The position numbers and the translations under genes are program-made. Positions 18,524-28,809 of a stretch of 54,107 nucleotides of DNA are shown piece by piece; the first letter of the stretch is position 1; each line of letters begins with the position of its first letter. The DNA comes from an uncultured Bacteroidota bacterium (GTDB lineage Bacteria > Bacteroidota > Rhodothermia > Rhodothermales > UBA10348): NCBI GenBank assembly GCA_937877085.1, contig CALEEY010000044.1, positions 1 through 54,107 of the forward strand, in the 5' to 3' direction. The notes beneath the pieces were generated by a model. The model saw only the letters and a list, made by a program, of their open reading frames with translations. It did no database searches and was not told the origin of the DNA.

Positions 18524-18734
18524 GATGCTGATTCTGTAAGATGAAGCCGGGGCAAAAACCCTAATGGACCATAGCTGACCCAAAAGGCGCGTAATCGCGA
18601 GGGAGTACCTACGGATGCCATTATTAAAGAGTTACACCAAGATCTATGTATCATAGCAATGAACTTGGGCTGCAAGAACATTTTTATCAATACATTGGCA
18701 TTGATATTTCACGTGTCAACTGACCACCGCGGCC

Positions 18735-20177
18735 ATGCAAAAAGTCTTCATTTTAACTATTTCGGCTCTTTTATTCAGTTCCTGCGCTTCGAAGCCGGAA
18801 GATGAGACGCGCAGTTCCTCGCCGAACGTGGTCATGATTTTTGTCGACGATCTGGGCTATGCAGACATTGGAGCGTATGGAGCAACTGCTTACAAAACGC
18901 CTGAATTAGATAAGCTGGCTGGCGAGGGAGTACTCTTTACCGACTTTTATGTAAGTCAGCCGGTATGCTCGGCCTCTCGGTCTTCCCTGCTAACAGGCTC
19001 GTATGCCAACCGAATTGGCATTCATGGAGCGCTAGGCCCTGGGAACACCCACGGTATAAATCCCGCTGAAACGACTATGGCGGAGCTTTTCAAATCAAAA
19101 GAGTACGCCACGGCCATTTTTGGAAAATGGCATCTGGGTCACTTACCTGAATTTCTGCCGACGGAGCACGGGTTTGATCGATATTACGGCATCCCCTATT
19201 CGAACGATATGTGGCCTTTTCACCCGGAAAACCCAAAAGCATGGGTTGATTTACCGACCATTGAAGGAACAGAGGTCGTCGGTTACAACACCGATCAATC
19301 TAGGTTCACCAGCGATTTTACCGCCCGGGCTGTCGATTTTATTGGTGAGCAAGCCGCTGCTGGGACGCCATTTTTCCTCTACCTGGCTCATCCGATGCCT
19401 CATGTACCGCTTGCCGTATCTGAGGAGCGAGCAGGAGCTAGCGGCGCCGGATTGTTTGGTGATGTTATCCAAGAAATTGACTGGTCCGTTGGCCAGGTTT
19501 TAAAGGCGCTCAAAGACGCGGGGGTAGAGGACAATACCTTGGTCATGTTCGCGTCGGACAATGGCCCCTGGTTGAGCTATGGAAATCATGCAGGGTCTGC
19601 CCTACCGCTAAGGGAAGGCAAAGGAACCGCATTTGATGGTGGTATTCGTGTCCCCTTCATCGCGCGGTGGCCAGAAGTTATTCCAGCAGGACTTCGAGTT
19701 TCTGCCCCAGCTATGACCATCGACGTGTTTCCGACGATGGCCGAACTTATTGGCGCTCCGCTTCCCGAACTTCCAATCGATGGTCGTTCCATTTGGAAGC
19801 TCATGAATGGCACCAGCACAGAATCCGCGCAGGAAGCCTACTACTTTTATTACAATCAGAATGAACTCCACGCCATGAGAAGTGGCCAGTGGAAACTCAA
19901 TTTCCCTCATTCCTATCGGACCATGAAGGGCCAAACCCCCGGAAAAGACGGCATTCCTGGGAAGTACGATTATTCCGCCATCGTCGGACTGGAACTCTTC
20001 AATTTAGACTCAGACATATCAGAATCCATCGACGTATCAAGTCAGCATCCCGATGTGGTGGAACGACTTACGCACTTGGCGGATGCCAAACGTGCCGAAT
20101 TGGGGGATGCTCTTCGTGGCATCGAAGGCACAGCCAATCGGGAGCCTGGTAGGCACGTGTCCGAAACGGCAAATTAA
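18735..20177 (+). CDS. Sulfatase (arylsulfatase A-like), lipoprotein
   Basis: Lipobox FSSC, PNVVMIFVDDLG, CSASR formylglycine motif, GKWHLG, SDNG. Confidence 0.92.
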   Translation: MQKVFILTISALLFSSCASKPEDETRSSSPNVVMIFVDDLGYADIGAYGATAYKTPELDKLAGEGVLFTDFYVSQPVCSASRSSLLTGSYANRIGIHGALGPGNTHGINPAETTMAELFKSKEYATAIFGKWHLGHLPEFLPTEHGFDRYYGIPYSNDMWPFHPENPKAWVDLPTIEGTEVVGYNTDQSRFTSDFTARAVDFIGEQAAAGTPFFLYLAHPMPHVPLAVSEERAGASGAGLFGDVIQEIDWSVGQVLKALKDAGVEDNTLVMFASDNGPWLSYGNHAGSALPLREGKGTAFDGGIRVPFIARWPEVIPAGLRVSAPAMTIDVFPTMAELIGAPLPELPIDGRSIWKLMNGTSTESAQEAYYFYYNQNELHAMRSGQWKLNFPHSYRTMKGQTPGKDGIPGKYDYSAIVGLELFNLDSDISESIDVSSQHPDVVERLTHLADAKRAELGDALRGIEGTANREPGRHVSETAN

Positions 20178-20244
20178 AACCATTTCGAAGGTTTTTCGAC
20201 CCTGAACCAAGCTCGTAGTCACCAAGCGAGTAGTCTAAGAAACG

Positions 20245-22683
20245 CTAGTTGCTAGGGCGCACACCCGTCGCTAAATCTTGGCCTTTTAAGCGAAGCTCCA
20301 CGCGCAAAGAAGTTTCCGTATCGCCATCCAACTCCGCGGTAAGAGATAAGGAATGAGATCCGGCTTGCGCCAGCAGTGCTGCTGAATCTACTGGTATGCT
20401 CTCCAGGGCGTGCCAAGACGGGTCAAAACGTGTTGCCGATGAACCATCACGAAAAACCAACGATTCTCCCTTTGCTAGGCCAATAGGAATGGCCACTTCC
20501 TGATTATTGTCGAGCGTAAATCGAATGTTGGAAGCCGTGCCTCCGTCGGCGGTTAGGATGAAAGATATAGGGCCTTCAATCTCCTCGGACTCGAAGGTAA
20601 AATTAGATTCTGCCGGTTCTCCCGGCTGACGTTCCCGGTTAAAGCGCCTGAAAATATGCACTTTACTGGGCGTCAGGGTCCATGCGCCATCGGAAGCCAC
20701 TTCCAAGTGGTATTCCAGGTCCCGCGACCGAAGCAGCGCTTTTTGATCCTCCGTAAACACATCGCCAATCCGCAATTTTTCCCATGCTCCCAGCAAGGCC
20801 AATATGGCATCGGTTTGGCCATTTTTTTCCACCGCGTCAAATGAGGTTACAAATCCGTATCCAGCATCATATCCGGCTGAGAGGGAAAGCATCCATTCGA
20901 TGTCCTCCAAACTGGTTTCAGGCGTCATTTTGAACCAACCTAACATGCCGGGCATCAGGTTTCGCTGGAAATACGCCTGATTTTTAAGACGATATTCCGT
21001 TTGACTTTCGCGGAAACCTGCATACCACGGTTCGCCCCAGTTCATCCTCGTATAAATGTGCCAAAAGAAGTGCGTGGTACGACTAGCGTCGGCAATGTAG
21101 TGGGACCGAATGTCCTCGTTAAGATTGTCGTACCAAGACTGGGCAAAGAGCGATTCGCCGTAATTACCCATTCCTGTCGACCGATTCCCTTCCAGACCAT
21201 CAAACGATATTTGACGCAACCCCGCCTCATTGTATAGCGTGGCTAACGTTTTAGCCATTTCCTCGGATAGAGACGTCTCCGTCAGAAAAACCATGTATCC
21301 GTGATCGTCGAGCTTGGAAATCTTGGATCCAACCGGATGTGCTGAAGCCGTTGTTCCAAAAGCTCCCCGTTCCACTCCAACCAATTGCCAGGGCGAATTG
21401 GCCGAAACCGACGTGTATTTGATGATTTCGTCCTCGATTTGAGCGGCCATCAAATAGCTCTTATTCGCCTGATTAAAATATCCAGGGTCTTCTATCGAAA
21501 TGGAAGATTGGTCCGAGGACAACTCCTCCAACAAACGGGTACTACCTACTTTCGCCAGCCGGGAATCGGGCGTAGGCGTTACGTAGGGGTCGTTGGTCGT
21601 GACAAAATTGGACAGGTTGTGGGTCCCGATCATCAATCCCCGCTCCGTGGCGCGGTTTGAGATCCGTTTTAAGCTAGCTACGCCATCCGGGAAGCTTTCC
21701 TCGTTTATTTTGAAATGGCCCCACGTTTCAAACAATCCATCGTGATACAAATATCTTAGTCCCGCCTTTTCGACGATGTCCATAGCTTGTTCGGACGTCG
21801 CTTCACTAAAGTTCATGATGATGTAAGCCGCATTCGCCGTCGGGGATTCTTTCCCCCAAACGCCGTCGATCATGGGATGCGGGAGTCCTTCAGCTTGCTC
21901 AATAATCCCTAACGTGGCCAGCGTTTGTGCCACTGGAACCCCGAAAAGGGCTATTTTGGATCCGACGACCCCTCCATCATCAAAAGCAGGTGCTACATAC
22001 CGATCGTATCCCTGATTCTTGATGACCCTATCCTTTACGCGATTTCGAGTGTAGGCTTGCAGGGTGCTCCCCATCGAATCGGGTTTGGCCGCCTCCACGC
22101 GATAAAGAACCGAACGCGATTTGGCCGGGTCCATATCGTGATAATTTCCGCCCTCGAAAATGTCCATCTCTGGCATGGCGTCGTTTTCATTCCACGGAAA
22201 TCCACCCAAGGTTTTAATGTTCAGAGCTTGGAGCCCAATGGCAAATTCAGCGCCGCGCGCTACACCCACCGTTTCTCCGATGGACTCCCCAATAGTGGTG
22301 GCATAAGGACCCCACAGAACCAGGTCAACCGAATCCGGATTGGACAGCTCCGTCAATTCAAACACAATATGAGCGTCTTTTTCCTCAATTTGAACGTGAG
22401 CCACAAAACCACCAGGAAACGTCAACTCAATTCCATTTCCTTTAGCTCGAGCCGATTGAGGGACCGCAAACGCTCCATTCTTTCGCAATTGGAGGATTGG
22501 CGAAGGACGTGAAACGTACTCCGTGCCATTCTTCCAGTCCTGCAAGTGAATGATCTGGCCTTGTTCTGAAATGACCACCCTGAGGGTGTCTGTTCGCAGA
22601 ACCAAGGCATTTTTCTCGGAGCATCCTAACACGAACGCTCCCAGCAAGGCAAGTACCACGTAAGGGGCTCGCGACGCCTTCAT
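20245..22683 (-). CDS. Large hypothetical lipoprotein, possibly carbohydrate-active
   Basis: Long ORF with AAGGAGG RBS before MKASRAP and lipobox VLGC; no family recognised with confidence. Confidence 0.8.
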   Translation of the reverse strand: MKASRAPYVVLALLGAFVLGCSEKNALVLRTDTLRVVISEQGQIIHLQDWKNGTEYVSRPSPILQLRKNGAFAVPQSARAKGNGIELTFPGGFVAHVQIEEKDAHIVFELTELSNPDSVDLVLWGPYATTIGESIGETVGVARGAEFAIGLQALNIKTLGGFPWNENDAMPEMDIFEGGNYHDMDPAKSRSVLYRVEAAKPDSMGSTLQAYTRNRVKDRVIKNQGYDRYVAPAFDDGGVVGSKIALFGVPVAQTLATLGIIEQAEGLPHPMIDGVWGKESPTANAAYIIMNFSEATSEQAMDIVEKAGLRYLYHDGLFETWGHFKINEESFPDGVASLKRISNRATERGLMIGTHNLSNFVTTNDPYVTPTPDSRLAKVGSTRLLEELSSDQSSISIEDPGYFNQANKSYLMAAQIEDEIIKYTSVSANSPWQLVGVERGAFGTTASAHPVGSKISKLDDHGYMVFLTETSLSEEMAKTLATLYNEAGLRQISFDGLEGNRSTGMGNYGESLFAQSWYDNLNEDIRSHYIADASRTTHFFWHIYTRMNWGEPWYAGFRESQTEYRLKNQAYFQRNLMPGMLGWFKMTPETSLEDIEWMLSLSAGYDAGYGFVTSFDAVEKNGQTDAILALLGAWEKLRIGDVFTEDQKALLRSRDLEYHLEVASDGAWTLTPSKVHIFRRFNRERQPGEPAESNFTFESEEIEGPISFILTADGGTASNIRFTLDNNQEVAIPIGLAKGESLVFRDGSSATRFDPSWHALESIPVDSAALLAQAGSHSLSLTAELDGDTETSLRVELRLKGQDLATGVRPSN

Positions 22684-22837
22684 GTCCCCTCCCTTTAAAG
22701 AAAGCTTGTGCAAAAAGGAATAATTAAGCATGATTTTGGCGGTTTACGACCTCTTTTGTTGAAGATAAACCATACATAGGTGTTTGTCCGACTATATTTA
22801 ACCTGAAGTATGCTTCCTGATTACGAAATTGTCCAGT

Positions 22838-23017
22838 ATGGCCAGCATTCGAATTCCACTCTATTTCAGCCTCATCTTTATGTTGACGCTAACTTCTTGC
22901 TCCAGCTTGCAGTCTCTAGATCTGAGTGGAGCCTATACCATCTACTCCCAATTGGTGGAACGATACAACTCCATACCATTGTTAAAACGAGTGTTTGGAA
23001 GTAAAGACAAGCGATGA
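22838..23017 (+). CDS. Small putative lipoprotein
   Basis: Signal-like N-terminus with LTSC lipobox; ATGA overlap with the next gene. Confidence 0.5.
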   Translation: MASIRIPLYFSLIFMLTLTSCSSLQSLDLSGAYTIYSQLVERYNSIPLLKRVFGSKDKR

Positions 23018-23664
23018 AACCTATACTAGCGATCCTCTTCCTCCTCTGCGCCCCTCCAATTGTTGCCGCACAAACTCACAGTGCTGTCAGCGAGGCGCCT
23101 TCAGATACCACGGGATTACCGACGAATCAAGCCCTCTACGCATCCGGCATTCGATTCGGTCTGTTCTTGGATCAAGCCGAAAGACGCCGCGAAATGTGGC
23201 TAGACAATTTTGACAAAGGGAGAGTACCCGTCGATATTCGCAGGCGTGCCTCCGAGCTTCACGGACCTTATTACCTGATTGCTGTGGCCATAGATGGCTG
23301 TAGCGATTCCGTGAATACCATCCCCTATGTAGCCCACTTAGCCAATGCGGCCGAAGCCATCGAGATGCGCATTATATCGCCTGATGCTGGCCGGCATATT
23401 ATGGAGGCACATAGGACTCCAGATGGGCGCCCCTCTACACCCACTATTTTGGTTCTGGACTCCGATTTCAATGAAATAGGTGCGTTTATTGAGCGCCCAA
23501 AGCAACTCCAAGACTGGGCGCTTGGAAGTGGGAAAGAATTATCTTCTTCCGCCTTTATGACAGCAAAATTTGCTTGGTACGACGAAGACCTCGGGCGCAA
23601 CACCATGTCCGAAGTGTTGGACATCATTGAAAAACATCAGGCAGAGGGTGGGCACCAACACTAA
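23014..23664 (+). CDS. Secreted thioredoxin-family (Thioredoxin_9-like) protein
   Basis: Signal peptide; DGCSDSVNTIP (CxDS-type site), GRPSTPTILVLD and ERP. Confidence 0.75.
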   Translation: MKPILAILFLLCAPPIVAAQTHSAVSEAPSDTTGLPTNQALYASGIRFGLFLDQAERRREMWLDNFDKGRVPVDIRRRASELHGPYYLIAVAIDGCSDSVNTIPYVAHLANAAEAIEMRIISPDAGRHIMEAHRTPDGRPSTPTILVLDSDFNEIGAFIERPKQLQDWALGSGKELSSSAFMTAKFAWYDEDLGRNTMSEVLDIIEKHQAEGGHQH

Positions 23665-23796
23665 TTTAATTTTTTAATTGACGGCCGCTGCGACGTTACC
23701 TTTCCTTTCTGCTGGTAAAAGACTACCTCGGCTAAAAAGGTCATTTCGGCCTTACAAAGGCGCCTCGGCGCGACTTATACCAGTAGGAATAGTATT

Positions 23797-24180
23797 ATGA
23801 AGTATATTGTACCCTCCTCGAAGACTGTCGATCAGGCTTCAACCGATTTTGAAACAGCCGTTTCCAATCACGGCTTCGGTATTTTGCATACCTACGACTT
23901 AAAAGCTACGCTTAACGGAAAGGGTATCTCGTTTGACAACGAAGTGCGGATTTACGAGGTCTGTAATCCAAAGAGGGCGGCTGAAGTCCTCGCCGCCGAT
24001 ATGGAGATGAATTTGGCCCTACCGTGTCGCGTTTCTGTGTATGAAAAAAACGGCCAGACACAGATCGGTATGATCAGTCCTAGTGCCATGCTTTCCATGC
24101 TCTCCGATGCTCCAGCCTTAGACGATATCGCAGCGAGTGTCGAAAAGTCGATCAAGGCAATGATTTTGGAAGCAAAATAA
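23797..24180 (+). CDS. DUF302 domain protein
   Basis: GFGILHTYD, EVCNP, LALPCRVSVYE. Confidence 0.9.
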   Translation: MKYIVPSSKTVDQASTDFETAVSNHGFGILHTYDLKATLNGKGISFDNEVRIYEVCNPKRAAEVLAADMEMNLALPCRVSVYEKNGQTQIGMISPSAMLSMLSDAPALDDIAASVEKSIKAMILEAK

Positions 24181-24361
24181 AACGGCCAAAACAACAATTA
24201 CCGGCCTTCTTTGGTTCTTTAGCCCACGAATCATAGAGCGTTAGATGATCTGCGCGGTGAATATGCGGAAAGCCTGAATTCGAATTCTTTTCGAACCCAA
24301 ACTTCCTGAAATCGACTTCGTTCGACCTTGCCTTCCCCCCATTATCATCTCATTTGCAATC

Positions 24362-25534
24362 ATGAATCGCATTTTAGCTCTATTAACCTTCGTTTTCGTC
24401 CTTACCGGATGTAATACTAACGCAGGTTGGACTCCAGATCCAAACGAACCCCGGGCCTTTGTGACCACCTTGGGCGCAGATACCGTGGCCGTTGAAGTCT
24501 ACACTCGTTCTGGGGATTCTATTGAAGGAATCTTGGTAGACCGCCTTCCATATACACACATTGTGGAGTACGCGGCGAGTCTGGACGCGGACGGCAACGT
24601 CACCAACCTTCAGTTTACTCTCCGTACCCCAGAAGCTAATCCTGCGGGTCCAGCCGGAAGTTCTGCTCGTATTTCAATTGTAGATGGACAAGGGACTGTT
24701 ATCCGTGTAGGCGGCGAAAATCCAGATACCGTGATGGTCGATGTGCCTGCCGGAACGCTTCCTACACTTGGGCGCGCAGACGTGGCCATGTTTGAATTTG
24801 AACAGGTTGCCAACATGCTCAGAGAAGGCGCGAGTCAAATCATGCTACTTGGCGCCAATGGTTCGGCACCTCGGATCAACGAATCAAAAGTGGTTTCAGC
24901 CGATACGGTTTCGATGGACTATTACGGTTATGTAAGATTGGGTTGGACAGACGAAAGTGGCCAGTTGCTGGGCGTTTCTGGTGCAGCAACCACCAACAAA
25001 TCCGAAAGTCGCCGTGTCGAACCGTTTGTAGTTGGTGAAATGGCCGAACGTTGGGCTGCCATGGATGCCTCAGGCAACGGTATCGGAGTACCTTCGCCCG
25101 GAGCTGTTGTCGCCATTACACTCGACAGCGCCAATTTGGAAGTTAAATACAGCCAGCCGGCTAAAAGGGGGCGCGAAATCTGGGGTCAATTGGTTCCAGA
25201 AGGACAAGTTTGGCGAACTGGTGCCAACGCGGCTACTCACTTTACTACAAGTAAAGACCTTTCATTTGATGGTCAAGTCTTGGCCGCTGGAACGTACACG
25301 GTATGGTCCGTCTATGCAGATGGAGGTTTAACCTTGATTTTCAATAGTCAAACGGGTCAGTGGGGAACGGTCCACGATTCAGCCCTCGACTTGTTCAGCG
25401 CGTCTATGATGGGTTCAGACCGTACGGACTCCAGCGAGCGCTTTGTGATCTCTTTGGAAGACACCGAGGCTGGTGGCTCGATCATTTTTGATTGGGATTT
25501 GAAACGGTTTACGCTTCCCTTCACCGTCAACTAG
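24362..25534 (+). CDS. DUF2911 domain lipoprotein
   Basis: Lipobox LTGC; C-terminal YSQPAKRGREIWGQLVP..VWRTGANAAT and GQWGT. Confidence 0.85.
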   Translation: MNRILALLTFVFVLTGCNTNAGWTPDPNEPRAFVTTLGADTVAVEVYTRSGDSIEGILVDRLPYTHIVEYAASLDADGNVTNLQFTLRTPEANPAGPAGSSARISIVDGQGTVIRVGGENPDTVMVDVPAGTLPTLGRADVAMFEFEQVANMLREGASQIMLLGANGSAPRINESKVVSADTVSMDYYGYVRLGWTDESGQLLGVSGAATTNKSESRRVEPFVVGEMAERWAAMDASGNGIGVPSPGAVVAITLDSANLEVKYSQPAKRGREIWGQLVPEGQVWRTGANAATHFTTSKDLSFDGQVLAAGTYTVWSVYADGGLTLIFNSQTGQWGTVHDSALDLFSASMMGSDRTDSSERFVISLEDTEAGGSIIFDWDLKRFTLPFTVN

Positions 25535-25599
25535 GGCGCCAACAGATTACTTTCCGCCGATCCTACGTCTACGAAAGACTCGGACCGGCTAAAAATGAC

Positions 25600-25638
25600 G
25601 AGGTGGGGGGCGCAAAAGCGCCCCCCACCTCTTTTTTT
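25600..25638 (+). terminator. Intrinsic terminator
   Basis: GAGGTGGGGGGCGC-AAAA-GCGCCCCCCACCTC followed by a T-run, downstream of the DUF2911 gene. Confidence 0.85.
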
Positions 25639-25690
25639 GTCTACGCTCTTCCGCCAGGCAAGCGTAGACAAGAACTCAAAACGTTTCCGA

Positions 25691-28576
25691 CTACAACTTG
25701 AAGTTGCGTAGCGTATAGGTAAAGTTTAGGATGATGTAGCGGCCCAACACGTTAGAAGAACTGTCTTCCACGTAAAACTCGGTAATATTGCGAGATACGT
25801 TGGTACTCTGATTCAGCAAGTCGGCTAATATCAACCGGACTTCTCCGCCATTGCCTTGCAAGAATTTGTAGCCCAAAGCAGCATTTAGCAGAAAAGACGT
25901 ATTGTCAAATCCTTCGCCCAAACCACCCAACTTGTTGTAGGCCAAGCTCGTTTCTAAGACCAACGATTTGGTCGGCATGGCAGTCACTTTTCCAGTGGCC
26001 CGGTAGCTGGTGTAATCTGAATTCAGATCAGGATAGATGGAGTTTTCAGAGATGTTATAACTGAAGTTCTGAGAAAGCGTAAAGTCAATCCGTTCGCTGA
26101 TATTGGAGCTCAGAACCAGGCCACCGTTTAATCCTTTTTGGTTGGAAAGATTGTCCTGGCCATTAATTACCCCAGGCGTTTCTGACCAGTTAACTCCAGC
26201 GTTAACGTTCATATTGCTCTTAATGAATGGTGCAGGTCTGCCTAGCGTTATAAAGGATCGGAAGCTCTTGTAGCCGTCCACATTGATCGGACGCGAGAAC
26301 TGCGACCCCTGCAGCAAAGGAACCCCTCCTTCCAACACCATGTCTCGCTCAGCGATCAAGGATTCGCTACCAATTTGGTTATTGCTGAACGTCATCGAAG
26401 CAAAGCCAAAGAAAATCGAGCCCGTTTGAAGGTTCGTCGTATTAAAACGGGTGGAGAGCACATTGGTAAAGGACTGGTCGAGGTCTGGATTTCCAGAGGA
26501 CAGTATGAGCGGATTACGATTGTCTATTACATCCTGTAACTGTGAAATGGATGGTGTATTCGTGCTGGTACGATAGGAAAAGCGAAGTGATTTTTGTCTT
26601 GAATTTCCAATCTGGACATCCACGTTCGGCATAATGTTGGTGAACGAACGGTTTACATCGAATGCCAATGGAAACGTCTGGTCACCGGTTAGACTGACAT
26701 TCTGAACGTCTGCACCCGCCGTAATACGAACGGATTCTTTCCGAATGGAATAGCTTAGTCCACCTCGTTGCGTGAACACTTGGTTGTCAAATTGACTCGA
26801 AAGCGCCGGATCCAGCACATTATACAATCCCGTTCTGAGGTCAATAGTATTCGCCAATCGCTCGGAATCGTTGTTGTTAAGTGAAGGAGAATAGTTTAGT
26901 TGAAGTTGACCCGTCTCGCCGATCTGATCGGTATAGGACAACCGAGCAGAATACGACGTCCCGGTAACATCACTATCCGTAATCTGATCAATAACCTGGT
27001 CACGCGATCCATCATCAAAAAACAAATTCGAAGAAACCTGAGCGTTGTTACCAAGCGATGAATTGGCCCCAGCGTTTAGGTTTAACGAAACCGTGCGTCC
27101 CCGTTTATCGAACCCTAATCTGTATAGAAGCCCTGCGCCCGCATTGTAGCCCGAATTATCAGAAACGTAGTTATTGGTCGTTTCGCTCAGCATGGCTGCC
27201 GTATCCAGCACGTTGGTTCCAAACAAATAGCTAGAAGCCGTGTTACTTTGCGTTGAAAAACGAGGGGTGAAGATCAACGAGTTTTTGGGGTTGATCGTGT
27301 ACTGCACCCGACCGTTAAAACGGTGATTGGTGTTGTCGGACGCAGACGTATTGTTTTGATTATAAAACTGACTTGCGCCTCCCGTTAAGTAATATTCGCG
27401 ATCCAACAGAGAAGCACTGGAATTGTCCGAAGCATTGAGGAAGTAACTTCCTGTAACAGACAATTTGGGACCAAATGAGTCGGAATAATTGACGCCCACG
27501 GCGTGAGTGGTGTTTAGACCCCCTTGATTCCCCACTAGAAAGCTCCCGGTGTTTCCGCCACCGCCGCCGCCCCGGGTAAAGCCGCCACCGTCTCCTCCAC
27601 GATCGCCACCGCGATCGCCGCCACCACCACCGCCGCCGCCAGAAGGTCTAGGAGGAGGGCCGCCTTGTCCGCCGCCGCCAAATCCACCCCGTCCGCCGCC
27701 GCTTTGCCCGGTTACGCCCAATAGGTCGTCAATGGCGAAGTTTTGTTGATTGACGTTGTTGGACATTCCAATGATGGAAATGCGACGATCCTGGTCAAAA
27801 ATGTTGATATTTCCACCACCGATATAGCGTTCATCCGAGCCATATCCACCATAAACTTTTCCAAATTGACCGTTACTTTTGCCAGTAAGCGTCACGATGT
27901 TAATGGTTTTCTCGGTAGCGGTGTCTTCAAATCCCGTAAACTGTGCCTGGTCGCTTTGGCGGTCATACACCTCAATTTTATTGATAATCTCAGAAGGGAG
28001 GTTCTTGAGCGCTGCCGCCGGGTCTGTGCCGAAAAACTCGCGCCCGTCAATCAATACGCGGGTAACCGTTTCGCCTTGCGCGGTCACCGTTCCACCATCC
28101 ACCGTAACGCCCGGAAGTTTTGCAATTAAGTCTTCGGCCGTAGCGTCTGGATTAACCTTAAAGGCTGCGGCATTAAAAACGGTTGTATCGCCTTTGACTT
28201 CAACCCGCTCTTGCACGGCTTCGACCCGAACCTCGTCTAATAACATGGTGTCAAATTCCATTTCGACCAAACCGATATCGGTTTGGCCGCTAGACACCGT
28301 AACGCGTTTGGAAACGCTTACATATCCTATGAAAGACATTTTGACGTTATAAGCGCCCGCGCCTTTCACCATGAAGTTAAATCGGCCTTCATTGTTGGTA
28401 GCTTCACCATATTGCAGCGTGGAATCTGCTGCAAACGATGCGACGACGTTTACCCCAGGTAAGGACGTACCGGTCTTCTCGTCAATAATACGCCCAGAAA
28501 TGGTCGCGCTCTGGGCAGTTGCCTGACCAAAAGTCAGAATGGCAAGAAGTAGAAATAACAGTACCGTTTTCATCAT
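25691..28576 (-). CDS. Outer-membrane beta-barrel / TonB-dependent-receptor-like protein
   Basis: Signal peptide, CarboxypepD-like N-domain (ISGRIID..G..LPG), KGDT..F, EDLIAKLPG, LKNLP, barrel strands and a Gly-rich insert. Confidence 0.85.
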   Translation of the reverse strand: MMKTVLLFLLLAILTFGQATAQSATISGRIIDEKTGTSLPGVNVVASFAADSTLQYGEATNNEGRFNFMVKGAGAYNVKMSFIGYVSVSKRVTVSSGQTDIGLVEMEFDTMLLDEVRVEAVQERVEVKGDTTVFNAAAFKVNPDATAEDLIAKLPGVTVDGGTVTAQGETVTRVLIDGREFFGTDPAAALKNLPSEIINKIEVYDRQSDQAQFTGFEDTATEKTINIVTLTGKSNGQFGKVYGGYGSDERYIGGGNINIFDQDRRISIIGMSNNVNQQNFAIDDLLGVTGQSGGGRGGFGGGGQGGPPPRPSGGGGGGGGDRGGDRGGDGGGFTRGGGGGGNTGSFLVGNQGGLNTTHAVGVNYSDSFGPKLSVTGSYFLNASDNSSASLLDREYYLTGGASQFYNQNNTSASDNTNHRFNGRVQYTINPKNSLIFTPRFSTQSNTASSYLFGTNVLDTAAMLSETTNNYVSDNSGYNAGAGLLYRLGFDKRGRTVSLNLNAGANSSLGNNAQVSSNLFFDDGSRDQVIDQITDSDVTGTSYSARLSYTDQIGETGQLQLNYSPSLNNNDSERLANTIDLRTGLYNVLDPALSSQFDNQVFTQRGGLSYSIRKESVRITAGADVQNVSLTGDQTFPLAFDVNRSFTNIMPNVDVQIGNSRQKSLRFSYRTSTNTPSISQLQDVIDNRNPLILSSGNPDLDQSFTNVLSTRFNTTNLQTGSIFFGFASMTFSNNQIGSESLIAERDMVLEGGVPLLQGSQFSRPINVDGYKSFRSFITLGRPAPFIKSNMNVNAGVNWSETPGVINGQDNLSNQKGLNGGLVLSSNISERIDFTLSQNFSYNISENSIYPDLNSDYTSYRATGKVTAMPTKSLVLETSLAYNKLGGLGEGFDNTSFLLNAALGYKFLQGNGGEVRLILADLLNQSTNVSRNITEFYVEDSSSNVLGRYIILNFTYTLRNFKL

Positions 28577-28719
28577 CGTTCAATTGTTGGGAGACAATCC
28601 CCTTCTGGATTCCAATACAGGCCGTAGTGGGTTGCGAACAGCGGTTAGACGCAGTGGTCATTCATTCAATTCCGGCGCAATTCCACGTCATTTTGACTTT
28701 AGGACGATTACACACATTT

Positions 28720-28753
28720 GTGATGGTTCGTGACACTTTTGTGACAAATTGGA
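28720..28753 (+). promoter_or_regulatory. Direct-repeat site GTGA/GTGACA/GTGACA (OmpR/PhoB-type architecture)
   Basis: GTGA at 28720 and GTGACA at 28730 and 28741 (10-11 bp period); the 3' part matches 10714-10732. Confidence 0.5.
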
Positions 28754-28809
28754 CTAGGTACGGGGCGTCTAAAAACGCAATAAAAAGCCACTTAGAAACC
28801 TCGGAAATT

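Noticed and set aside
18960-18985. CSASR instead of CxPxR in the sulfatase
   Set aside because: CxAxR is an established variant of the formylglycine motif.
21925-22512. 195-aa plus-strand ORF, and similar antisense ORFs at 3327, 6044, 12633, 27879, 31474 and 49156
   Set aside because: They lie wholly or mostly antisense to well-supported genes and show no recognisable motifs, so they are shadow ORFs.
28519-28809. 5' extension of the 149-aa ORF 28519..28968
   Set aside because: It overlaps the beta-barrel gene start and the regulatory region; only the part from ATG 28810 looks protein-like.
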